From Clostridiales bacterium Firm_07 (GTDB lineage Bacteria > Bacillota > Clostridia > Oscillospirales > CAG-272), in assembly GCA_001604005.1 (NCBI GenBank), contig LVAM01000019.1:148754-212753 (forward strand): a stretch of DNA of 64,000 nucleotides, read 5' to 3'. Under the pieces are notes generated by a model, which saw nothing but the letters and a program-made list of their open reading frames with translations, searched no databases and was not told the origin of the DNA. Of the stretch, positions 25,337 to 33,690 are shown one piece after another (position 1 is the first letter of the stretch; each line of letters opens with the position of its first letter). The position numbers and the translations under genes were made by a program.

Positions 25337-25723
25337 TCAGTGACAGCCCCCGCAGGTGGAGCAATCGTGCGTACAGCCCGACGCCTCCTCACCCGAAATT
25401 TGGAACGAAATGGTGGAATTGACCATATTCATCAGGTCGTTCACCTCGTTTTGCGCGGCTTCCAGCGCGCGGTAAGCCTCGTTTTCGGTGATCTCTTTGT
25501 AAAGCGCGTCGATACGCCCGCTGATCAACGAAATCAAAGTTTCGTCGCGCGGCGTTTTCATCATCTCGTTTTGCATCGCCTTTTGCTGTACTTCATATTC
25601 CGTCGCCAGTTTTCCCACGCGCTCGTCGTTCTCATAGGCGACGCGCGCCTCTTCAAGACGAACGAGGCGTTTGTCGTTCTTCAATGCCTGTCCCAGTTCT
25701 TTTGCCAACTCGAAAATGCCCAT
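25337..25723 (-). CDS. ymcA: YlbF/YmcA-family regulator (RicA-like by synteny) with a C-terminal Cys4 tail
   Basis: 128-aa helical protein between miaB and mutS, as ymcA is in B. subtilis. It ends in ...GCTHDCSTCGGCH. Confidence 0.6.
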   Translation of the reverse strand: MGIFELAKELGQALKNDKRLVRLEEARVAYENDERVGKLATEYEVQQKAMQNEMMKTPRDETLISLISGRIDALYKEITENEAYRALEAAQNEVNDLMNMVNSTISFQISGEEASGCTHDCSTCGGCH

Positions 25724-25725
25724 TT

Positions 25726-27153
25726 TTATCTCACTTTCTCACCGTACAGCGCAAACGGCGCGGCACGGTCTATTTTGATATTGACCCACTCCCCCGCGGA
25801 AGTTCCGTCATCCGCAAAGAAAACAAGTTTATTTTGTTCGTCTCTTCCAGACAGCATACCGGCGTCGGTCTTGCTCGCTCCGTCGCAGAGCACGCGGCGC
25901 ACCGTACCGACAAGCGGCAAATTGATCTCCTTGGCGATCTCTTCCTGCAAGGAAAGAAGTTTCCCCATTCGCGCGCTTTGCGCCTCGCGCGGGATCTGAT
26001 CCGGCATCTCGGCGGCAGGCGTACCGCGGCGCGGAGAATAAATAAACGAGAAGATCATATCAAAGCGCGCGCGGGAGAGCATTTTAAGCGTTGCTTCAAA
26101 ATCCGCTTCGCTCTCGCCGGGAAAGCCCACGATGATGTCCGAGGTGACGGCAATATCCGGCATTTTCTCGCGCATATAGTCGAGAATTTCCAAATATTTC
26201 GCCGTGGTGTAGCGGCGGTTCATTCTTTCAAGCACGGCATCACTGCCCGATTGCAGCGGGAGATGGAAAGCGTGTGCGATATGTCGCCCGCCTGCCATCA
26301 CGTCGACAAGACGGCGCGTGGCGTCTTTCGGGTGGCTGGTCATAAAGCGCAGTCTGAAATCGCCCTCGATCTTGTCCAGACGCGCGAGAAGATCGGCGAA
26401 ATCAACCTTTTCGGATAGCCCTTTGCCATATGAATTGACGTTTTGCCCGAGAAGGGTGATATCCTTGCAGCCGTCGGCAACCAGTTGCCGCACTTCTCTC
26501 TCGATCTCGTCAGGCGCGCGGCTGCGCTCCCGCCCGCGCACGTACGGAACGATGCAATACGTGCAAAAATTGTTACACCCGTACATAATGCTGACGAACG
26601 CCCGATACGCGCTGTCGCGCACGATCGGCACGCCTTCGGCTATGACGTTCTCCTCGTCGGAGCAAAACGTGCGTTTGCGCGTGGAAAGCGCCGCAAGGAG
26701 CAGTTCCGGCAAGCGATGAAGCACCGAAGTGCCCATCACGAAATCCACGTAAGGATAACTTTTTTTCAATTGTTCGCGGCGGTGTTGCTGCGCCGCCATA
26801 CAGCCGCACACTCCGATCAGAAGATCGGGATTTTTCTCTTTTAAGTGCTTATATTGCCCCACGATGGAAAGCGCGCGATCCTCGGCGTGCTCCCGCACGG
26901 CGCAGGTATTGACAAGGATCAGATCCGCCTTATCCGGCGTCTCGGCGCGCGCGTATCCCATACGCATCGCCATACCGAGCAGTTTTTCGCTGTCCGCCAC
27001 GTTTTGCTGACAACCGAAAGTAAGCACGAAACAGCGCGGACTGTGTCCCCGGCGCGCTTCTCTTTCACGGTTCAATGCCAGCACGGCGTCGCATATCTCT
27101 TCCGAAAACGGCTCAGCCGACGCGTTTTTCATTGTTTTTCCCTGATCCGACAT
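25726..27153 (-). CDS. miaB: tRNA (N6-isopentenyl-A37-C2)-methylthiotransferase MiaB
   Basis: The ATG at 27153 (MSDQGKT...) follows GGGGGA. It has the UPF0004 domain ...FVLTFGCQQNVADSEKL..., the radical-SAM motif CNNFCTYCIVPYVRG and a TRAM C-terminus. Confidence 0.9.
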   Translation of the reverse strand: MSDQGKTMKNASAEPFSEEICDAVLALNREREARRGHSPRCFVLTFGCQQNVADSEKLLGMAMRMGYARAETPDKADLILVNTCAVREHAEDRALSIVGQYKHLKEKNPDLLIGVCGCMAAQQHRREQLKKSYPYVDFVMGTSVLHRLPELLLAALSTRKRTFCSDEENVIAEGVPIVRDSAYRAFVSIMYGCNNFCTYCIVPYVRGRERSRAPDEIEREVRQLVADGCKDITLLGQNVNSYGKGLSEKVDFADLLARLDKIEGDFRLRFMTSHPKDATRRLVDVMAGGRHIAHAFHLPLQSGSDAVLERMNRRYTTAKYLEILDYMREKMPDIAVTSDIIVGFPGESEADFEATLKMLSRARFDMIFSFIYSPRRGTPAAEMPDQIPREAQSARMGKLLSLQEEIAKEINLPLVGTVRRVLCDGASKTDAGMLSGRDEQNKLVFFADDGTSAGEWVNIKIDRAAPFALYGEKVR

Positions 27154-27195
27154 TTGTTTCCCCCGCATTTTTGGAGAATAATAATACAGCATATA

Positions 27196-27224
27196 ATTAT
27201 AATACATTTTTTGACAAAAGTCAA
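27196..27224 (-). promoter_or_regulatory. sigma-A promoter of the miaB-ymcA-mutS-mutL-tgt-tldD-pmbA array
   Basis: Minus strand: TTGACT (27224-27219), 17 nt spacer, TATAAT (27201-27196). Confidence 0.6.
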
Positions 27225-27232
27225 GGCGCGCA

Positions 27233-27260
27233 AAAGAAAAACCCGCGCATTTTGCGCGGG
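27233..27260 (-). terminator. intrinsic terminator of the ApbE operon
   Basis: Minus strand: CCCGCGCA-AAA-TGCGCGGG followed by TTTTTCTTTT, immediately after the apbE stop (27261-27263). Confidence 0.75.
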
Positions 27261-28265
27261 TCAATCCGACGTTTTCGCAAAAACGGTCGAGAGCCCGTCT
27301 GTTATAAAGATCTCTCCATCGGCGCCGTACAGAACGGCTTGCACGGCAGGGTGTTCTATGAGATAGGCGCGTGTTTTTTCTTTGCCCATCACGAAAAACG
27401 CCGTGGAGAGCGCATCGGCGCGCGCGCCGTCGCCGGCAAGCACGCTGACCGAGGAAATACCGCCGGCGGGATACCCTGTCGCGGGATCAAGAATATGCGC
27501 GTAGCGCACGCCCTCCACCGTAACGTAACGCTCATAATCCCCCGAAACCGACAAAACGCCGAGCGGCGCGGTCAGTTTTCCGAAGACGGCGTCCGATTTT
27601 CGGGGGTGGCGCAGAGATATGACGAAAGGCGTGCCGTCCCCTTTTTCGCCAACGGTCGCCACCGAACTGCCGAAAGACACGAGCGCGCCGGTGACGCCGC
27701 TTTCCGCAAGGAGCGCGCACACGAGATCGACCGCGTACCCTTTCCCGATGCCGCCGAGATCAAGAAGCGCCCCCACGCCGTGAATGGTACAAACACCGTC
27801 GGTAAGCGAAAAGCCCTTCCGCGCTTCGGCGGCGGCATTTTCAAGGAGCGTCGCGTCCGGTAAGAGGTTTTCCTCCCCCGCTTTTTTCCAAAGATCGGTG
27901 ATCGCACCCATCGTCGGTAAATACGCGCCTCCCGTTTCTTCGGTCATTTCCGACGCGATCGAAAGCACCGCCAACGTGTGGGGCGAAAGATCGCCCGCGC
28001 TCCGCTCCCGGTTGATCCGCGCGATATCGCCGGTTTCAACCGTGCGGGAAAGCGCGGCGTCAAGCTCGGTGACAAGATCGAAAACGCGCGTGAAAATCTC
28101 TTCGGTTTTGGCGTTTCGATCGGTATAAACGCGGACGGTCAGCGCCGCGTCCATCACGAAAAACGTCTTTTCCGTCGCGGTCGTCTTTCTCCCGCAAGCC
28201 GCAAAAGAAAAACAAATTATAATGCACAAAAGAACACAAATTGCTTTTTCTAACATTTTCAACAC
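27261..28265 (-). CDS. apbE: FAD:protein FMN transferase (ApbE/Ftp family), lipoprotein
   Basis: It has the signal peptide and lipobox ...CIIICFSFAAC-G and the motifs ...LLDLGGIGKGYAVD... and ...SVSGDYERY... The start is ambiguous: GTG 28265, or ATG 28256, which lies 2 nt after the upstream stop. Confidence 0.85.
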   Translation of the reverse strand: MLKMLEKAICVLLCIIICFSFAACGRKTTATEKTFFVMDAALTVRVYTDRNAKTEEIFTRVFDLVTELDAALSRTVETGDIARINRERSAGDLSPHTLAVLSIASEMTEETGGAYLPTMGAITDLWKKAGEENLLPDATLLENAAAEARKGFSLTDGVCTIHGVGALLDLGGIGKGYAVDLVCALLAESGVTGALVSFGSSVATVGEKGDGTPFVISLRHPRKSDAVFGKLTAPLGVLSVSGDYERYVTVEGVRYAHILDPATGYPAGGISSVSVLAGDGARADALSTAFFVMGKEKTRAYLIEHPAVQAVLYGADGEIFITDGLSTVFAKTSD

Positions 28266-28795
28266 TTTTTACACAATCTTTCGAGCCTGTTTTCCAAAAT
28301 CACAATCAACATTCCGGTCAGCGTTCCCGTAAGAACCGCGGCAAGGAGCAACACAGGCAGATAAAGAAGAAACACGCCCGCACCGAAAAGGATCGTCGCG
28401 GCGATGATCTGCCCCGTTTGATGCGCCGCGGCGGAGAGCACCGATATACCCACGAAACCGATAAAACGATGCGAGAGGGGGCGCGTGAGAAACAGCGAAA
28501 GAAAAGCGAGCGCGCCGCCCATCGCGGAGAAGAAAAGCGACACCGGCGTTCCGAAAAGCAGTGCGGACAACGCCACGCGGGCGGTGAGTACAAGCCCCGC
28601 GTCGATCGGTGAAACAAAGAAAAAGAGGATCACCGTGACCACGTTGGCAAGCCCCAGTTTGACGCCCGGCAACGGCATAAAGGCAAAAACGGGGAGCAAA
28701 AACTCCAAATAGGAGCAAAGCATTGCCGCCGCGAGAAAAACGCCGTCACGGCAGGCGCGGCGCACCCACACGTTACCCCGCGACAAAGTCGGCAT
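28259..28795 (-). CDS. Gx transporter family protein (formerly annotated heptaprenyl diphosphate synthase component I)
   Basis: 178 aa with about 5 TM segments. ...LPGVKLGLANVVTVILFFFVSPIDAGLVLTARVALSALLFGTP...AAAHQTGQI... fits the family. A GGGAGGGG RBS precedes the start, which overlaps the upstream gene by 23 nt. Confidence 0.7.
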   Translation of the reverse strand: MPTLSRGNVWVRRACRDGVFLAAAMLCSYLEFLLPVFAFMPLPGVKLGLANVVTVILFFFVSPIDAGLVLTARVALSALLFGTPVSLFFSAMGGALAFLSLFLTRPLSHRFIGFVGISVLSAAAHQTGQIIAATILFGAGVFLLYLPVLLLAAVLTGTLTGMLIVILENRLERLCKKC

Positions 28796-29159
28796 CGCTC
28801 ACCCCTCCCTTCACCACGCGCACCACAACGCCGGCGGGGGCGCAAACGATGCTCCGCCCACTTTTTGAGACGGCGCCCGTGCCCACGCAGACCTGATCGC
28901 GGCAATCCGCGCTTTTGACACATACCTCGCCGTCCTTCACGGCAACGATCAGCGTATGTCCGCGCGAGGTCACTTGCACCTCGCGCTCCTCACGAAGCGG
29001 CAAAACGACGATCTCGCCCTCCGCCGTTGAAATCTCGGCAAAATCGCCTTTTTTTCCGCCGATGGAAATGAAAAAAAGAAGGGCGGCGAGCGTCAGTACG
29101 ACGGCGATGGCAAGAAAATCTCCGACGCGAAACCATCGGCGAAGCGAGTTTCTTTCCAT
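28773..29159 (-). CDS. NusG domain II-containing protein (DUF1312-type), N-terminally membrane anchored
   Basis: 128 aa: a TM anchor, then ...AEISTAEGEIVVLPLREEREVQVTSRGHTLIVAVKDGEVCVKSADCRDQVCV...IVCAPAGVVVRV. A GGGGGGAG RBS precedes the start. Confidence 0.65.
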   Translation of the reverse strand: MERNSLRRWFRVGDFLAIAVVLTLAALLFFISIGGKKGDFAEISTAEGEIVVLPLREEREVQVTSRGHTLIVAVKDGEVCVKSADCRDQVCVGTGAVSKSGRSIVCAPAGVVVRVVKGGVSDADFVAG

Positions 29160-29180
29160 CTCTCTCCCCCCTTAACGGAC

Positions 29181-29951
29181 TTATTTTTCAAGCAACGCGC
29201 GCAAAAACGCCACGGATTTGGCATATTCCTCGGGCTTGCTGTTTTTTCCGATCGTCAGCGGCGCAAGGAGCGCCACGACGGTATCTTCGGGCAGACAGCG
29301 CACGGCGCTGTTTTCTCGGTAAAGCGCGGTATCGCCGAGCCGCACGCCGCAAATGACGTGCCGCTCTCCCCCGTAAATCTTCTCGATCCCGCCGACAGGC
29401 GTACTTCCGAGCGTTTCCGCCAAGTTGACAAGATACCCCTCGTTTGCCGAAAGTTCCTCGAAAAGATAGGGGGAAAGAAAGAGAACGCCGGCTTCTCCCA
29501 CGCCGAGATAGCGGTAAAAGTTCTGATATTGCGTGGCGTTTTCCTGTAACCCGATCGCGTCCGCGCTCTCCATCGCGGCGATCTCTTCTTCCGAAAAGAC
29601 CGTATACGTGATGATTTTGACGCTTTTTCTGCCGTTTTTATCATAATCTTCGGGCAGATAGGAAGAAAGACAAGTTTCAAGGTCACGAAATTCGCCTTCC
29701 CTGTCCGCAAATCCAAGCGGTAGCGCCATCGTCACGGAAAGATCGCCCTCGTCCTCGCGCCGACACATCGTCACCACGACAGACACGGCGATCGAAAGGA
29801 GAAAAAGAACGGCTATGGTCGCCCACTTGTGGTGATACCAGAAATTATCCAAAAAGCGATAGATTTTTCCGTGTTTTTTCTCCTGTCGAGGCGCTTTTTC
29901 AAAGCGGATCTCCCCGCCCTCGATTTTTTCCTCGCGGTTTCTATCTTCCAT
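29181..29951 (-). CDS. hypothetical membrane-anchored protein (short basic cytoplasmic N-terminus, one TM, ~185-aa outside domain)
   Basis: A GGGAG RBS precedes the start. The TM segment is WATIAVLFLLSIAVSVVVTM. No family recognised. It is the first gene of the ApbE operon. Confidence 0.55.
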   Translation of the reverse strand: MEDRNREEKIEGGEIRFEKAPRQEKKHGKIYRFLDNFWYHHKWATIAVLFLLSIAVSVVVTMCRREDEGDLSVTMALPLGFADREGEFRDLETCLSSYLPEDYDKNGRKSVKIITYTVFSEEEIAAMESADAIGLQENATQYQNFYRYLGVGEAGVLFLSPYLFEELSANEGYLVNLAETLGSTPVGGIEKIYGGERHVICGVRLGDTALYRENSAVRCLPEDTVVALLAPLTIGKNSKPEEYAKSVAFLRALLEK

Positions 29952-29960
29952 CTTTCACTC

Positions 29961-29991
29961 CCAAAACACCTACCGCCGTGGGCGGTAGGTG
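29961..29991 (-). terminator. terminator-like hairpin after lysS
   Basis: Minus strand: CACCTACCGCC-CAC-GGCGGTAGGTG followed by TTTTGGGAG. The short U-tract runs straight into the RBS of the next gene. Confidence 0.6.
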
Positions 29992-30018
29992 CTCATCGCG
30001 CTTCTCGCGCCGAATTAT

Positions 30019-31521
30019 TTAAGATTCTATCGGTTTCATCGTCGGGAACAAAAGCACGTCGCGGATGGACGCGCTGTCGGTCAGCAGCATCACAAGGCGA
30101 TCGACGCCGAACCCGAGCCCGCCCGTGGGGGGAAGCCCGTATTCAAGGGCGGTCACGTAGTCCTCGTCCACCTGCGCTTTGGAATCGGGTTCCGCGGCAA
30201 GTTTTTCCGCCACTTGGCGCTCAAAACGCGCTTTTTGGTCGATGGGATCGTTCAGCTCCGAGAAGGCGTTTCCGAACTCGGTGGCATTGATGAAATATTC
30301 AAAACGCTCCGTGAACATCGGGTCTCCCGGTTTTCTCTTGGCAAGCGGGCTGTTCTCGACGGGATAATCGTAAATAAAGGTGGGCTGGATCAGGTTTTCC
30401 TCGACAAAGGCGTCGAAAAACTCCGCCAGAACCGTACCTTTCGTCGCGTCCGCGGGCACTTCCACATGATGCTGTGCCGCCGCGGCGCGCGCGTCCTCGT
30501 CGCTCTTCCAATCGTGATAATCGACACCGCTGTATTTTTTCACGGCTTCGATCATCGTCAGTCTCTCCCAGTGCCCCATATCGATCTCTTTGCCCTGATA
30601 GGTAATGACCGTCGAGCCGCAGATCGTTTCCGCCAAATGACGGTTGAGGTCTTCCACCAAATCCATCATTCCGTGAAAATCGGTATACGCTTGATACAGT
30701 TCGATCGAGGTAAATTCGGGATTGTGTTTCGTGTCCATTCCCTCGTTGCGGAAAATTCTGCCGACTTCGTACACGCGGTCCATACCGCCCACGATGAGAC
30801 GTTTGAGGTACAACTCGGTCTCAATGCGCAGATACATATCCATATCGAGCGCGTTGTGGTGCGTAACAAAGGGGCGCGCGCTGGCGCCGATGGCAATGGG
30901 CGTCAGGATCGGCGTGTCCACTTCAAGAAAGCCCTTTTCGTCCAGATAGCGCCGAATTTCGGTCAAAATGCGACTGCGCTTGACGAACGTTTCTTTCACT
31001 TCGGGATTGACGATCAGATCGACGTAGCGCTGGCGATAGCGCATATCGGTATCTTTGAGGCCGTGGAACTTCTCCGGCAGCGGAAGCAGTGACTTGGCAA
31101 GCAGCTCGATGCCGTATGCGTGGATCGAAATTTCACCGCGCCGCGTGCGAAACACTTTGCCCGAAAGCCCGATGATGTCGCCGATGTCCCACTTTTTGAA
31201 CTGCTCAAAGGTCTCCTCGCCCACGTCGTTGACGCGCACGTAGCACTGGATCTTTCCTTTGCCGTCCATCACGTCGATAAAGTTGGCTTTTCCCATATCG
31301 CGGCGGCTCATCATTCTGCCGGCGATGCGGACTTCTTTCTCCTCGAAATGCTCGAAATCGTTGAGGATCTCGGTCGTATAGGTGTCAAAATCGTAACGGA
31401 CTTTCTCAAAAGGATTGTTTCCCGCCGCGCAAAGAGCGGCAAGTTTTTCGCGGCGCACGCGAAAGACGTCGCCGATGTTCACTTCTTCGTTTTCGTTTAC
31501 TTGATTGATCTCGTCAGACAT
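30019..31521 (-). CDS. lysS: lysine--tRNA ligase (class II)
   Basis: The ATG at 31521 (MSDEINQVNEN...). It has the OB-fold ...VRIAGRMMSRRDMGKANFIDVMDGKGKIQCYV... and class II motifs ...FRNEGMDTKHNPEFTSIE... and ...GLGFGVDRLVMLLT... Confidence 0.95.
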   Translation of the reverse strand: MSDEINQVNENEEVNIGDVFRVRREKLAALCAAGNNPFEKVRYDFDTYTTEILNDFEHFEEKEVRIAGRMMSRRDMGKANFIDVMDGKGKIQCYVRVNDVGEETFEQFKKWDIGDIIGLSGKVFRTRRGEISIHAYGIELLAKSLLPLPEKFHGLKDTDMRYRQRYVDLIVNPEVKETFVKRSRILTEIRRYLDEKGFLEVDTPILTPIAIGASARPFVTHHNALDMDMYLRIETELYLKRLIVGGMDRVYEVGRIFRNEGMDTKHNPEFTSIELYQAYTDFHGMMDLVEDLNRHLAETICGSTVITYQGKEIDMGHWERLTMIEAVKKYSGVDYHDWKSDEDARAAAAQHHVEVPADATKGTVLAEFFDAFVEENLIQPTFIYDYPVENSPLAKRKPGDPMFTERFEYFINATEFGNAFSELNDPIDQKARFERQVAEKLAAEPDSKAQVDEDYVTALEYGLPPTGGLGFGVDRLVMLLTDSASIRDVLLFPTMKPIES

Positions 31522-31534
31522 AGGAAATCCTTTC

Positions 31535-32023
31535 TCAATCCCGTGTGACTTCCAAAATCTCATAAGAGAAGGTATAGCCGCTTTGTTCCACCGTGTCGGT
31601 GACCGTGTCGCCCGCGCGGTGACCGATCAGAGCTTTGCCGACGGGGGAAAGATCAGAAATCTTGCCGCTGACGACGTCTGCCTCGTTGGAACCGACGATG
31701 CGGAAAACTCTCTCTTTTCCGGTCGCGCTGTCTTTCGCTTTCACGGTAGAACCGATGTCGATGACGCCTTTTTCGGCTTTGGAAGCATCGTGGATCTGCG
31801 CGTTTTCAAGATCGGCTTTGATTTGCAGAATGCGGGCTTCGTTTTCAGCCTGCGCCGTGCGGGCCGCGTCATACTCGGCGTTTTCGGAAAGGTCGCCGAA
31901 ACCGCGTGCGGTCACGATATCGTTTTTGATGCGCTCTCGTTCTTCTCCCTCGCGCCAACGAAGTTCTTTGACAAGTTCGTCATAGCCTTCCTGCGTCATC
32001 GTAATTTTCTTCTCGTTTGCCAT
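31535..32023 (-). CDS. greA: transcription elongation factor GreA
   Basis: MANEKKITMTQEGYDELVKELRWREGEERERIKNDIVTARGFGDLSENAEYDAAR... is canonical GreA. Confidence 0.95.
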   Translation of the reverse strand: MANEKKITMTQEGYDELVKELRWREGEERERIKNDIVTARGFGDLSENAEYDAARTAQAENEARILQIKADLENAQIHDASKAEKGVIDIGSTVKAKDSATGKERVFRIVGSNEADVVSGKISDLSPVGKALIGHRAGDTVTDTVEQSGYTFSYEILEVTRD

Positions 32024-32054
32024 ACCTTTTCTCCTTGTTCTCTGTTGTATTTGA

Positions 32055-33602
32055 TTATTTGGTCAAAATCACTTGGATCGCTTTTTGCAACTGCGCGTCT
32101 TGTGCCTCGTCGAGCGCGTGGAAATTGGCGCCTTCCGGCAACTCGACCACACACCCTTCGGCGGGGATCACGCCCACGCCGTCAAAGTTTTCGCCGCTCG
32201 GCGGGTTGTATTTCCCGACCGTGAGGCGCAGTGCGCCGGAATATCCCCAACTCTCCAACGGAACCACGTTTTGAAATACGCCTTTGCCGAAGGTCGTTTT
32301 GCCGACTTGCGTGGAGAGATCGTAATCGCGAAGCGCCGCCGTAAAAAGTTCCGCCGCGCTCGCGGTGTTTTCGTTGGTCAATGTCACTTTCGGAAACGCG
32401 CGATACATACCGATCTCGGTCTTATCCACGCTGCACGGCGCGTATATATCGCGGTATGTGACGGGGTTTGCCTTATACGTCGTCGTTTCTCCGTCGGCCG
32501 TTACCGTGGAAACGATCGTATCGTTTTCATTCATAAAATAGGACAGTACCGCTGTGATGGAGCGTAATTCTCCGCCGGGATTGTCCCGCAGATCGAAAAT
32601 GAAGCGATCACACCCGGCGTTCATCAGTTTTTGCATCTCACTCTTGAACTGTGCGGGTGTGTTGACGCCGAATTCGGTGATCTCCACGATCCCCACCGCG
32701 GCGTTTGCTTCGCTCACTCTGCCGATGACCGTGATCGCGGTAAATTCAGCGCGCAAGATCGAAAACGGGATCTCGTCGTCCCCGCGCATCACGGAAAATT
32801 CCGCCGTCGTACCGATTTCTCCCCGCAAACGGGCAACCGCTTCGTTTGCGCCGATATCGGCGACGCTCGTCTTCTCCTCGCCCGCGCCCACGGCGATAAT
32901 ACGGTCGCCCGCGCGCACGCCGGCAAGCTCGGCGGGAGAGTTTTTCATCACGTATGTGACGGTGATCTCTTTGTTGTCGCCGTCGACCGCCACACGCACG
33001 CCGATCCCCGCGCTTTGCCCGCTTTCTTCGCGCACAAGTTCCGCATATTCTTCCGCGTTGTAATACGCGGCGTAACGGTCTCCCGTAGCCGTGACGTAGG
33101 CGCGGAGCATCGAGTCAACCTGCAAATTGCCGTTGATATCGTACGTGGAATATTTGGAGAAAATATAATCGACAAGTTTGATCTTGCCGAGGTTATCTTC
33201 GCTGACCGTACTGTCGTTTCCAAGCGGCGTTTTCCCCGCGTTCAGAAAGACGGAAGAGAGGAAAAAGGAGAGCAAAGAAGCGATCAGGAGCGTGGCGATG
33301 AGCGCTATGATGAAGACCGAAAGCCGCACCGTTTTGGGGGATTTGATCTTCTTTATCTCGACCGGCCGCACAATTTCGCACTCGGAGAGGGGCGTGGCGG
33401 CAATGCCGAGATCGGCAAGCACCGATAAAACTTCTCTTTCCGCCCGCTCACGATCCTCCGTGTCCGACACGAACACGCAAAGCGCACCGAGAGAGGTATC
33501 ATATTGCACGCGGGCTTCGGGTATTCTCTCCGCGATACGCGCCTTCACTTCCGGTTCACGACCGCAAAGCGAGACGGCGGAACAGACAAAATAGAGTTTC
33601 AT
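32055..33602 (-). CDS. S41-family C-terminal processing peptidase with an extra cytoplasmic N-terminal domain and a TM anchor
   Basis: It has the PDZ region ...GIGVRVAVDGDNKEITVTYVMKNSPAELAGVRAGDRIIAVG... and the catalytic region ...FIFDLRDNPGGELRS...TASAAELF...GKGVFQ. The N-terminal 70 aa and a TM segment (VFIIALIATLLIASLLSFF) precede these. Confidence 0.8.
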   Translation of the reverse strand: MKLYFVCSAVSLCGREPEVKARIAERIPEARVQYDTSLGALCVFVSDTEDRERAEREVLSVLADLGIAATPLSECEIVRPVEIKKIKSPKTVRLSVFIIALIATLLIASLLSFFLSSVFLNAGKTPLGNDSTVSEDNLGKIKLVDYIFSKYSTYDINGNLQVDSMLRAYVTATGDRYAAYYNAEEYAELVREESGQSAGIGVRVAVDGDNKEITVTYVMKNSPAELAGVRAGDRIIAVGAGEEKTSVADIGANEAVARLRGEIGTTAEFSVMRGDDEIPFSILRAEFTAITVIGRVSEANAAVGIVEITEFGVNTPAQFKSEMQKLMNAGCDRFIFDLRDNPGGELRSITAVLSYFMNENDTIVSTVTADGETTTYKANPVTYRDIYAPCSVDKTEIGMYRAFPKVTLTNENTASAAELFTAALRDYDLSTQVGKTTFGKGVFQNVVPLESWGYSGALRLTVGKYNPPSGENFDGVGVIPAEGCVVELPEGANFHALDEAQDAQLQKAIQVILTK

Positions 33603-33690
33603 TTCTCTCCTTCTTTACCGCGTTGCGACAAGGCGGCGCTTCCGAACAGTCAAAAGCGAAGGAGAGCAAACGCCCTCCATCGCCTTTCAC

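Noticed and set aside
28866-28883. GTGAVS in the NusG-II protein as an ApbE flavinylation site.
   Set aside because: The canonical motif ends in Thr/Ser at the position occupied here by Val, and the preceding Asp is missing. I keep it only as a weak hint inside the operon finding.
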